Positions 25,381-35,970 of a stretch of DNA of 36,574 bases are shown in pieces; position 1 is the stretch's first letter, and every line of letters begins with the position of its first letter. A model generated the notes under the pieces. It was given only the letters and a program-made list of their open reading frames with translations, was not told the origin of the DNA and ran no database searches. This DNA comes from Moniliella sp. 'wahieum' (taxonomy: Eukaryota). A program made the translations under genes and the position numbers. The stretch covers positions 186,001-222,574 of the forward strand of contig RSEE01000102.1 in assembly GCA_003971905.1 (NCBI GenBank), in the 5' to 3' direction.

Positions 25381-25876
25381 ACTTTGCTAGCATTGCAACT
25401 CTTATCCTTGCTGTGCAGTCGCTGTGCTGGCTGTGGCTCGTATGATTTTCTTTTGTCATTGCTGCTTTCATTGTCTCTGCCCCCTCTCTATGGTGTTTGC
25501 GATATACTCGTTGTGGTGTTTTTTTTGCGCCGCCACTAGTTACTGTTAATGCTTCAGGTCTGCTGTGGCTGTATCCATCGTGTGGCATCACAACGCAATG
25601 CGGCTCGGCCAGAGACGGCGTGGTCTGCGCTAGAGACACGGTGGGGCATAATGTAGGCGTCTACCAGACGCAGCTTCTCACCTGGGGGCGATCCATGGAG
25701 GGGTTTGAATGGACGCGACGGGTGACGGGCAGGAACCCTAGTGCTGCTGGGCCAACCCTACTGCGGCGGCCGCTGATGTGGTGCAGCTCCGCTGCAGCGG
25801 CCTCGTCCGGTGGGAAGATGGGTTGGTTAATTCGGCGCTCTTTTGTGCAGCCTCCATCGCCGGTCCCTCCTCTGCG

Positions 25877-27058
25877 ATGCTGATTGTGCCGGTGGGTGCA
25901 GCCTGTGCGGGCACATCGGCGCTCGCCGCGTATCTGCAGCAGCACGAGCGCTTCCAGCCCGTCGCCATCCGCAGCGCCGCCCCCACGACCCCGCCGCCCC
26001 TCCACCTCCACCTCCACCTCCCCCGCCCCCCCTCCTCGTCTTCGCTACGCCCCGCCGCCCTGCTGGACCACATCACCGCCCACTGGGACCAGCGCTTTGT
26101 ATGGACCACCGACTGGCCCACGCCGGCGCCGCAGGCAGACTCCCCGCCTCTCTCCGCTTTGACCAGCTCGACCCCCCCACCCAGGCCGCCTTCCGCAAAC
26201 GGCCCTCCTTCCTCCTCGTCGCCGTCCAGGCCCCCACGGGTGTGCGGTGGAAGCGCCACGTCCAGCGCCTTCCCAGCCCACCCACATCCATGCAGGCATG
26301 GATCGAGGCGGATGACCAGCGCCTGTACGCCCACGCCCCCGACGTTCTTCCAACCTGGGGCGTCGTCCGCCCCGATGGCGCTGGCGTGCATACCCAAACC
26401 ACCATCTGGGCCGAGGACACGCGTGCGCAAGTGGCTGGCTCGGGGCTGCTGGCGCTGATGAGCAGTGCGGACGTTACGCTGCTTAACCCGTATGTGACAT
26501 TGGAAGAATTTGAGAGGGTCTGTGTCGAGGCGCAACTCACCTCGCCCCACCGCTTCCGCCCGCCGTGGGACAGCTACTTTTTGTCGCTGTGCACCTTGGC
26601 TGCCGCCCGGTCCAACTGCATGAAACGACGGGTGGGATGTGTTTTTGGTGCGCGATAAGCGCGTCTTGTCCACCGGGTACAATGGCACTCCGCGCGGCGT
26701 GCGCAACTGTGCCGAGGGCGGATGTGGCCGGTGCAACCAGTCGGCCAGCATGGGCGCCGGCCTGACCGAGTGCCTCTGCCTCCACGCAGAAGAGAATGCG
26801 CTGTTAGAATGCGGACGGGAAAAGGGTGGGGCGGTGGGCACGGTACTGTATTGCAACACGTACGTTGACCTTTCTGCTCGAAAGTGGTGGTACTGACCGT
26901 ACAACAATAGCTGCCCTTGCCTCCTGTGTGCCGTCAAGATCGTCCAGGTGGGTGTGAAGGAGGTGGTGTACGAACAGGCCTACGGTATGGACGGACGCTC
27001 GGCTGCTCTCTTCAAAGAGGCTGGCATTGTGTTCCGGCAGTGCCAACTGGGGGTCTAG
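25877..27058 (+). CDS. DCD1: dCMP deaminase; intron 26860-26910; frameshifts
   Basis: RPPWDSYFLSLCTLAAARSNCMKRRVGC, STGYNGTPRG, CLCLHAEENALLE, YCNT|CPCLLCAVKIVQVGVKEVVY (HxE...PCxxC zinc motif) plus the fungal N-terminal P-loop-like domain. Confidence 0.95.
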
Positions 27059-27703
27059 CTCGGACTTTTTTTGGCTATACGGCAGAGAAATGGGGTAGGA
27101 CAAACTCAATTTTTTGTTTATTGTTTCCTCCCCTCGAGCGTGAAAGAGTCGGGGAACGACAAATGTGCAACGAGGAGGTGGTCTTCCAGCTGAAGACCTT
27201 ACCTGTTGAAACTGAGAAAGGGGAAGCCAAGCTTCCACCTCACTAACCCCTGCCATAATCGTCGCCCCATCTGCGTATAATTAACAGGACTGTCTGTCCC
27301 TTCTGGGATTAAGCCTTCGGGAATTAAGCTTTAAAAAGAGAGGCAGGTGAGGCTAGAAGGAGAAGGTAGTAAAGCCGGCTGGTCGCTTGCTTCTAATGCA
27401 TTCTATAGAGGAACACGCGGATCGCATGTAGGTAAAAAGAAGGGTCGTGAGCAGTGTATTTTGACACACAAAGCTGTGATCCGTTAAGAGACCACACAAG
27501 AAACGAAAGCAGTTTTTGCGGCCGGAGCCATAGGAGGGGGGAAGGGAAAAACCAGGAGATCGTAAAAGAGACGAAGCTGCGGTTGATGCATCAGCGCCAC
27601 GTGACTGGTTGACGGAGATAGAAAGAAAGAGAAAAGTATCGACCACAGAAGGGATACTGATGTTTTGTCCAAAAGAGGACCGTGACAAGACGCGTGTACG
27701 CGT

Positions 27704-29887
27704 TTAGTAGTGGTGGTGCACAAGAGGCGCGATCGTGTCCCATCCCTTGCCTTCGACCTGGGCAGAGCCATTCTCGACGAACACCTTCATACGGTGCTGG
27801 TTGGTGGCGGGGTAGATGCGCGAGGTAAGAGAGTGACGGCCGTTGACAAAGACTTGCAACACAGAGTGGTCAAGCAGCACCTTGAGGTCAAGGGTCTCCC
27901 AGCCGTCGGGGTGAGAGAAGAGCATCATGGGACCGCCGTCGGGAGGAGTCGTAGTCAGCTGATTGCTGGGCAATGAAAGTCTCGTTCCATCCTTGAGTCA
28001 TGTCCTTGGGAAGGTTCATAGACACGTGGGACTTGCTGCGGTCGACGATGAGCTGCGAAGTGTTCATGTCGAGCTCAATGCGCGTCTCGCGAGGCTGGTT
28101 CGGGTTACGGAGAAGTTCCTGAGGGGCAGTCGAGCCAGGGTTGACATGCTCAATCACGAAACCGACCTTGCACGGAAGGTCCGAGCCGAACTTGAACGTG
28201 CTGTGGAAGAGGACGTTGGAAGGCAAGACGTGCGGCGCAAACGCCTTCTCGCCATTCAGCTGGGTCGAGGGGAACTGCCAGTTGCGCTGCGCCTTCGACT
28301 TGAGACCCTTCCACACGCCCGGGTGCGGACGAACGGCGAGCAGGCTGAACTCACCCTTCTTCTGCAGAGGCACGACCAAGCCAGTAGCAGCAACGTCCTT
28401 AGAGATGAGCGAGCCAGTAACGTCACCAACCACTTGCTGGTACACCTCGGTCGCAAGGCCAAGAGTGCCCGCCCAGCCTTGAACCCGACGCTGGGCAACC
28501 GTGAAACTGTCGTCGTTGACCCAGCCTGTGGGGATAATTTGTCGTGGTCAATAAAAGAACAGCAAAACAGGACAGTCACGACGGTCAAGGGAGAAAAGTA
28601 CGTACCCAAGAGAAGCTGCATCTGGGTGGCGTTGTCGTAGAACGTGTTGAGCGCATAGAGACTTCCGAGATCGACCGGCCCGCTGGCGATGGGCTCCAAG
28701 AGGGACTTGTCGGGGGTAGTAACGTTGAAGCCAGCGGGAGGAACCTGAGGAAGACGGGTTGAGAGCGAACCAGCGAGTGGCACCAGTGTGGCGGGCACCA
28801 GACTCAGGAAGCCAAGCAGAGTCACCTTCAGCGCCGAGCATCATGAAGGCCATGTCCTTTTCGACGCCCGTAGCGGGTATTCCGTGCCATTCGCCCACCG
28901 CCGGTCCAAGCGAGGCAGCACCGACGGCATCTCAAAGTTGGTGCCGAGACCAGCGTTGTGGGTGCCAATGGTAGCGTTGATGCTGACATGGGGCATCAGA
29001 CCGACGTAGGTCCAGTTGGTGATGACGGGCGCATCGCACTGCGGCTGGGTCGCCAGGGTGAAGAGGTAGCAAGCAGGACCGTCGTTGTGCAGACCACCGC
29101 AAAGGATGCCGAACCAGTTGCTCGAGAGGTTGAGGTGCTTGGCGAGCACAGGCCAGTCGAAGACGAATGGGTCGCGGAAGCCCGTGGCACGGGAAAGGCG
29201 CTCTCCACCGGGGGCCATGTGGTCCGGGTAGCCATAGTCAAGCTCCCGGGGCGGACCGGGCAGAATGGGGTTCATGTCGTGCTTGGTCCACGTGTTGCCT
29301 TGGTCATCACTCTCAGCCCAAACCAGAGTCTCGTGGCCGTAGGGGTAGGGCGCGATGTCCCAGTTGGGGTATTGAGCCGCACCGGTGTAGAGAGTGAGAA
29401 TCTTCTGCGGGTCGCGCTGGCAGCCGTTGTTGGGGTCCAGGACCGGGAGAGCGGTACCGGTGAAGACACCCGAACGGTCCGTGCCCACCTTGGAGGGAGC
29501 GAGCGCAAGGTTGGGCGCGGCGTACATGCCGGGAGGGGCAAGGCGCCACTCCAGCATGTCGTCAGAAATGCTGTGGCCCCAGCTTTCGTTGGTGCCTCCT
29601 GCCTCCGTGTCGAGGGGCGACCACTCGTAGTAGGCATGGTAGGGCCCGCCCGGGAGGTGGATGAGGGTGGACGGGTCGTTCATCCACCCATAGGGAGCGG
29701 TGAGGACGGTGGTCGGGCGGAAAGTGTGGAAAAGCGGGGCCTTGGGCAGCAAGGCCTCGGCTGCGAGCTGGGTGGCGGCAGTGATGTGCGTGGGCGGATG
29801 ATGCCTGGTCTGGTTCGACAGCGGGAGAGCGGCGGCGGGGCGCGAGGCCGCCAGTAAGGCGATGGGAGCGAAGAGGGCGGGGTGCAT
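27704..29887 (-). CDS. Secreted GH32 beta-fructofuranosidase/invertase; intron 28526-28605; frameshifts
   Basis: Signal peptide MHPALFAPIALLAASRPAAA; WMNDP, WGHSISDDMLEW, FTGT, FRDPFVF, NFE motifs; C-terminal beta-sandwich LDHSVLQVFVNGRHSLTSRIYP. Confidence 0.93.
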
Positions 29888-30889
29888 GGTGGTGGTGGGG
29901 GTGAGGAGGGCCTGGGCAGCGCAGTGGTAGACGGGTGGGGCGGAGACTATTTATGCCCGATGTGGTATCCACAGGAGAGGAGTGGAGACGTGGGGCCGGG
30001 TGCGCGCAGCCTCCGTTGCTGGTGGGACGGTGGTACGATCGCGGCTTTTTCGCACTGGTTTGGGGCACCCCAGCCCCCACATTCCACAGTGGGGTTGAGG
30101 GTGGCAGGCGACTAACGCTGGTGGCGTGAGAGCAGCAGCAGTGCTCCAAAGGCTGCAGCGACAGGCAGCGCAGGCCTCAGAGCAGCATCCCGGCGATCCA
30201 GGCACTAACATCTCCGGCTCGACGTCTTGTACGTGACGCATGTCGAACGGGGGGACTTGGTCCCGAGAGGCCTGACGCCGGCCTGACGCTCTCAGGCCTG
30301 AGACCTGAGATCTCAGATGCTCGATGCCGAAGGCGGCCGGGCAGTCTCCTGCCACCCCCTGTCGCCTGGTGCGGCTGCCTTCAGCGCGGGGCTCCACTCG
30401 CGGTGCGGAGAAAGCAAGACACGCTCGGGGATGCTTCGGTGCATAGGAAGACACGCGCCGTGCGGGAGCTCTCATTTGTTCTGTCCCCCGCGCAACATCG
30501 GCGCACATCCTCTGCGTCATCGATCCCCAGACATCACGCATCGACTGCCCATTTAATTAGGCTTTGCGCTCAAACTTGCCATATAATTAGGCTTTACGCC
30601 TGTCAGAGGCAATACTATGGATGGCTGGTGTTTTATGCCCATCAAAAGGTGCCATCGCGCACCTGAGGCTCAGCGCTCAGGTAAGGCAGTTTGGATTGTT
30701 TTCCAACTCACGGGCATGTGACATGTGACCGGTTACCTCGGTGACCTGCCATTTATGTTAAGCGCAAGCATCTGCATCATGCATCATGTATCATGCATCA
30801 GGGAAGAGGATGTGCCTAAGGTATATCATGTGGAGAATGGATAGGCGACACAGAATTGGATCATGTGGTACGGTATTTTTATTCTTAAA

Positions 30890-31049
30890 TGTTGACATCC
30901 GTCCTAGGACCGCGCGGACCCTGAGTCACGTGAGTCAGCTTTCATTCCTTCCGAGCTCGCACCAGTCTTCTGGACGAGTCAGTCGCAGAAGCTTCTTAGT
31001 CCAATACGACGTTCAGTGCTCACATTCTGTGGTAGTAGCGAGGCCGACA
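30890..31049 (+). repeat. 5' LTR
   Basis: TGTTGACATCC...GAGGCCGACA, identical by eye to 35782-35941. Confidence 0.97.
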
Positions 31050-31103
31050 GAGTTACATCCTTATCTGCTCATCCCTGAGCTGGCCAAAACTACACCCACA
31101 ACC

Positions 31104-32348
31104 ATGGGCGCCAACGCTAACACCGATCTCTCGGTCAGCGACACCACAATGGTGAACAAGCGCGATTACTGGACACCAACCGGTCGCGATCCGCCACCGA
31201 TTGGCACCGACAACGAGGAACTCATGATGCTTTGCGCCGAAGCGCACCTGTGGTTCAAGAAGACGAACGACATCGATGTCGTTAAAGAGAAGATCAACAG
31301 AGCTATACACGACAGAGCCGAGTGGCTTGGATGGAAGGACGAACCTACGTCTATCACGACAAACTGGGTTCGACGGGCTACGAATTTTGTGGTGCAAAAC
31401 ATCCACCAAATGGAAACTCAACCCAACGCAACTTTGGGGGCACCTACAGGCGCAGCCTCGCGACCCGAGTACGACCTTTACAGATCACTACGCGAGTCTC
31501 CCACCAAGAATATCAAGTGGCCTGATCTGAACAAAACCCGTCCGCCTACAGCGCTTGGGAAGACGAATTTCTCTTCGCGATAACAGATGCCCACCCCCAC
31601 GCAAGCGACGTCGTCCAGAATGGTCGCAGCTCCCGCTACTTCACCGAGGACCTCGACAGACGCTTGCACAACCTTCTTAGGGAAGCCATGCCGTCAACCC
31701 TCTTCCGGACGATCCGCACCCACCACGAAATATCATGCACCCAGGACACGCTGAACATGCTGCGTCAGCGGTATGGATATACGCCTACCGCAAACAGAGG
31801 GCCTCTACTCATTCGCTACTTTTCGGCCGACCAAGGAAACCGATCGGGTCGAGACTACCTCGACTACATGGAAGAGATCAGTGCAAGCCTGACGCGAGCG
31901 GGCATCCCACTTACGGAAGAGCAGGAACGCACTGGGATCCTACTCGGCTTACGCGACATGAGCATTCGCCAGCGTGAAGAGCGCTCGAGTCTAGACAAGT
32001 TACGGCAGGCCGTGATGGACATACCAGCCGCCACGTATCCCGGTGGAGAAAGGAAGAAAACGGGGCAAGCCGGTCAACGGAGGAACGCCTTGGACTCGAC
32101 CCGACAGCGGGGGACGACCCACCAGCGGGGGAAAAAACTCCAGCGGGGGCAAAGCCGGCGACGACAACCTCGCGGACACAAAGACCAAGGGGCAAGACCG
32201 CACCAACCAACCCTGGCGCAGCGCGACGTCTAATAAACCTGTTGTCCCTCCGCGCAACCCAGGCCGAGCCAACGCTCACGTCGCTCAGAGAGCGAGCTCT
32301 CCCGAGTCTGAAGTGATTGACGTTGATGCGGGCACAGCTGACTACTAG
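31104..32348 (+). CDS. Copia Gag (frameshifted), ending in TAG in frame with pol
   Basis: First ATG after the 5' LTR; copia-gag-like segment TLNMLRQRYG...DYLDYMEEISASLTRAGIPLTEEQERTGILLGL; basic tail ending ANAHVAQ...GTADY*. Confidence 0.75.
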
Positions 32349-35300
32349 GAACTCGGGGGCGAAATGCGAATCATCCGGGCATTATATGACAGTGGGGCAT
32401 TCCCATCCATTTGGAAAGACAAATCCGTCTTCACATCCATGACCCCTTGCGACGACGAGATAGAGGTTGCTAACGGGACACATGTAAAGGCGGAAGGACG
32501 AGGCACGGCCACAATCCGTATCCGATGCTTAGGAGGACACCAAATGGAGATAAAACTCCCCAACAGCCTATACATGCCCCGTTTCAGCCGAAATCTCGTC
32601 AGTGTACACACCTGTCGAACACCGGAATCGCATCATACTTCGCCCCACACCAGAAGGGTATCTGGCTTGGTAACCCAGGATCCACCCTACGAAAAGTAAC
32701 CGGCAGTGACTATCAATTCACGATCTTACACAACCCGCGAACGCCACCCACACCCCTGCGGGCCATGGCGACCAAACCGATCAAACCGGCCGACCCACCC
32801 TCAACCCCAAACTCCCTCGCAGCATCCCTGGCCCTGGACCACGTCTCTAAAGCCCACAAACGCTGGAACCACGCAGCCATCGACCTCCTCCCCTGGCTTA
32901 CACGATCGGAAACCGCAGGCCTCCGCGTCACAGCCAAGCATATCTCCCTCTGTCGTTCAGAGTGGGATTGCCCAACATGCGCGGTGGCACTAGCGACAGC
33001 ATCGCCCCATCCGAGCCGGACCGCCTCCGATCCAAAAGACCTTTCGAGGTCCTCCACGTCGACGTAGTAGACCTCCCCCGGTAACCGGCATGGGGCACGG
33101 ATACGCCCTCGTCGCCGTTGATGACTTCACGCGGTACGTCTTCACCACAGCGATCCCGACAAAGGGCGCTGCAACGAAGGAACTGCGGAACCTCATATTG
33201 CGGGAGCAACGCTACGGCCCGGACAGACTGCTGCGGACTTTGCGCACGGACAACGCCCCCGAATTGACAAGCGCACTGCAACCTTTTCTGGACGAGCAAG
33301 GCATCACGTCAGAACGGACAATCCCGGGGCAGAGTGCTAGCAACGGTGTGGCTGAGCGTGCCATCCGAACCATAACGACTCGTGCAAGGCAGTTGCTCTT
33401 GGGTACAGGTCTTCCGACGTCGGACTGGTGGGAACACAGCCTCCACGCTGCGTGCTTCACCCAAAACCAAATGCCACTCAAAACATCCGGGGAAGACAAC
33501 AAATCGCGATTTGAGCGATACAAAGGCCACGCATACTCGTTACCGATGCAACCCTTTGGCCGCGTTGCATACCTCCATCTGCCCGAGTCACGCCGCGAGC
33601 ACAAGCTCAGCGCGCGGGCAGAGGAAGGTATGCTGGTAGGATACCACCATCAGCGCGGATCAAAGGGATGGCTCTTCGCCACATACCAACCATCCCTGGG
33701 TACCTTCACCTACCGCTGGTCGAAACCGTACAAATGGGGCAACGCCATCTACCCCCATCTCCACCCCGACCACTTCCCACCCGACATCTCCAAATCACCT
33801 CAAATTAAAATCGACAGTGAAAAAGACGCTAACCCTACTCCGCCAGCCGCGGCAGCACCCATGCCCCGAACCGCCGCCACACCCCAGACACCCGCTCCCA
33901 CCACCACCCCCCCCCGCGCCGCTACCCCCCCCCCCAGCGCACGCACCCCGCACCTCCCTCGACCTGCACACACTCCCAATCGCTGACGACCCCACCGACA
34001 CGACCTACCATGCTCGTGCTGCAGCCGCCACGCCCCACTGCGCCGCACCAGAGATCGGCATCGCCCGCCCCCTACCTGACACATCCGCCCCCCCGTTTGC
34101 CGACACAGTTCAACCTCCCGAATACGCCGCCATGACTGCTCTCAGCGCACCCATCCACCCGGACACGGTTCAGCTCACCAAGGATGGCGTACCCCTCGCT
34201 CCCAAGACGCTCAAGGGTCTCGAGACTCACCCCCCTTTGCCATGGTCAAGCAGGCTATGGCCGACGAGGTGGCCACACTCGCGCGATACGGCACCTACGA
34301 GGCTACGTACCCACCACCGGGTGCACAAATCCTCATAGGACTATGGCGCATCACCACAAAGACGGACGCCGAGGGCCGGTTCCTGCGCCACCGCGCGCGC
34401 TTTGTCGCGGGCGGACACCAACAATCGGCCGAGACTTGGGGCCAGACGTTCGCACCATCGGTGCGCACACCTGCCATCCTGACCCTCGTCGTGCTGGCCG
34501 AGAAGTATAAGTTTGGCCTCTTCTCGGCGGACGTCAATGCAGCGTACCTGAACGCCCCCCTCGAAGAAGCAGTCTACATCCGCCCACCCCCCTACTTCCC
34601 CGAAGCGGGTGGTCGCGTGTGGCGTCTCAAGAAGAGTCTATACGGGCTACATCAGAGCGGAGCAAACTGGGCACGATACATCCGGAACCTGCTGCGTGAC
34701 AAGCTCGGCTTCACGCAAAGCTTGACCGAGCCCTGCTTGTTCGTGCGCGCTGCACCACCGGGTGAGCAGATCCTCCTGGCGGTCCACACCGACGATCTGC
34801 TCCTCGCATGCAAGTCACACCAAAAGTACGAGGAGTTTATGGCCGAGATAAACACACATTGATGTTCGTGGTAACGGTCCCCTTCACTACCACCTGGGAT
34901 GCCAATACGATCGGATCGGTGGGGAGCTGTACCTGAGCCAACCAAAGTTCATCGAGGAAGTGGTGGCAAAGCACCACATCAAAGCCCCGTGGATCCGGAC
35001 TCTCCCACATCCCGTACGGATGATACCGCCCCGTGCCGACCCTGAACCCCCATCCCTCCCAGCCTTGCGCAAGGCATATCAGGGGAAGATCGGATCGGGA
35101 CTGTGGGCTGCACGAATGGGCCGGCCTGACTCCCTCTTCGCTATCACGGCCCTCAGCAGAGCCGCTGCCGACCCATCGCAGCAGCATCATCAAGCAGTCG
35201 ATGACTTCCTTCGCTACCTGTACCATACTCGAGGAAAGGGCCTGAGGTTGACCCCAACATCAGATGCACCGGCCATTGCGCTGTATACAGATTCCGACTT

Positions 35301-35787
35301 GGCGGGAGATCCCATCCAGGCACGCTCCACATCTGGATGCCTACTGATGGTGTACGGTGTGCCGGTGTCGTGGCGATCCATTCTTCAGCCGAAGAGCGTT
35401 ACCAGTACCGCCGCCGCCGAATATACGGCAGGATATGATGGACTGGTTGACGCCAACTATGTCAAGAACATCATGATCGAGCTTGGGGCCATCGGCGAGG
35501 GTACACCCATTCATTGGTATTGCGACAATAAGTCTGTCGTCGATCTCGCCCACAAATTTGGCAGCACCGGCAAGCTCCGAGAGCTGAAGATCCGGTACCA
35601 CAATGTACGGCAACACGTGGACTCGGGCGAGGCCATACTTGTACACATCCCCGGCGAAAGGAACCCAGCGGACGTCCTCACCAAGCCTCTCGGCCGTCCC
35701 GCCCTGACAAGCCATCTTGCTCAACTCCGCGTCGAGGAGATGGATCCAGTCCACATGACTGGGCCCTCCGGTCAGCGGGGGTGTTGA
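32349..35787 (+). CDS. Copia Pol: protease, integrase, reverse transcriptase, RNase H (frameshifted)
   Basis: PR ALYDSGA...IEVANG...RNLVSV; IN HKRWNH...CPTC, RTDNAPE, NGVAER, GSKGW; RT RARFVAGG, DVNAAYLN, LKKSLYGLHQSG, AVHTDD; RH YTDSDLAG, AAEY, CDNKS, ADVLTK. Confidence 0.95.
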
Positions 35788-35941
35788 CATCCGTCCTAGG
35801 ACCGCGCGGACCCTGAGTCACGTGAGTCAGCTTTCATTCCTTCCGAGCTCGCACCAGTCTTCTGGACGAGTCAGTCGCAGAAGCTTCTTAGTCCAATACG
35901 ACGTTCAGTGCTCACATTCTGTGGTAGTAGCGAGGCCGACA
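35782..35941 (+). repeat. 3' LTR
   Basis: Direct repeat of 30890-31049. Confidence 0.97.
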
Positions 35942-35970
35942 TTAAATTGTGGCATAATGGTGTTTGCCAA

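Larger units (their letters stand above)
30890..35941 (+). mobile_element. Full-length Ty1/copia LTR retrotransposon with TTAAA target-site duplication
   Basis: Two 160-bp TG...CA LTRs, TTAAA at 30885-30889 and 35942-35946, domain order gag-PR-IN-RT-RH, purine-rich AGCGGGGG just before the 3' LTR. Confidence 0.97.

Noticed and set aside
5602..29887. GPD1, malic enzyme and invertase as a sugar/osmotolerance gene cluster
   Set aside because: They are separated by unrelated housekeeping genes, with no evidence of clustering beyond ordinary linkage
30786..31103. N-terminal extension of the gag ORF starting at 30786 and the small ORF 35822-36022
   Set aside because: They run through LTR and flanking DNA; these are chance open frames, and the likely gag ATG is 31104
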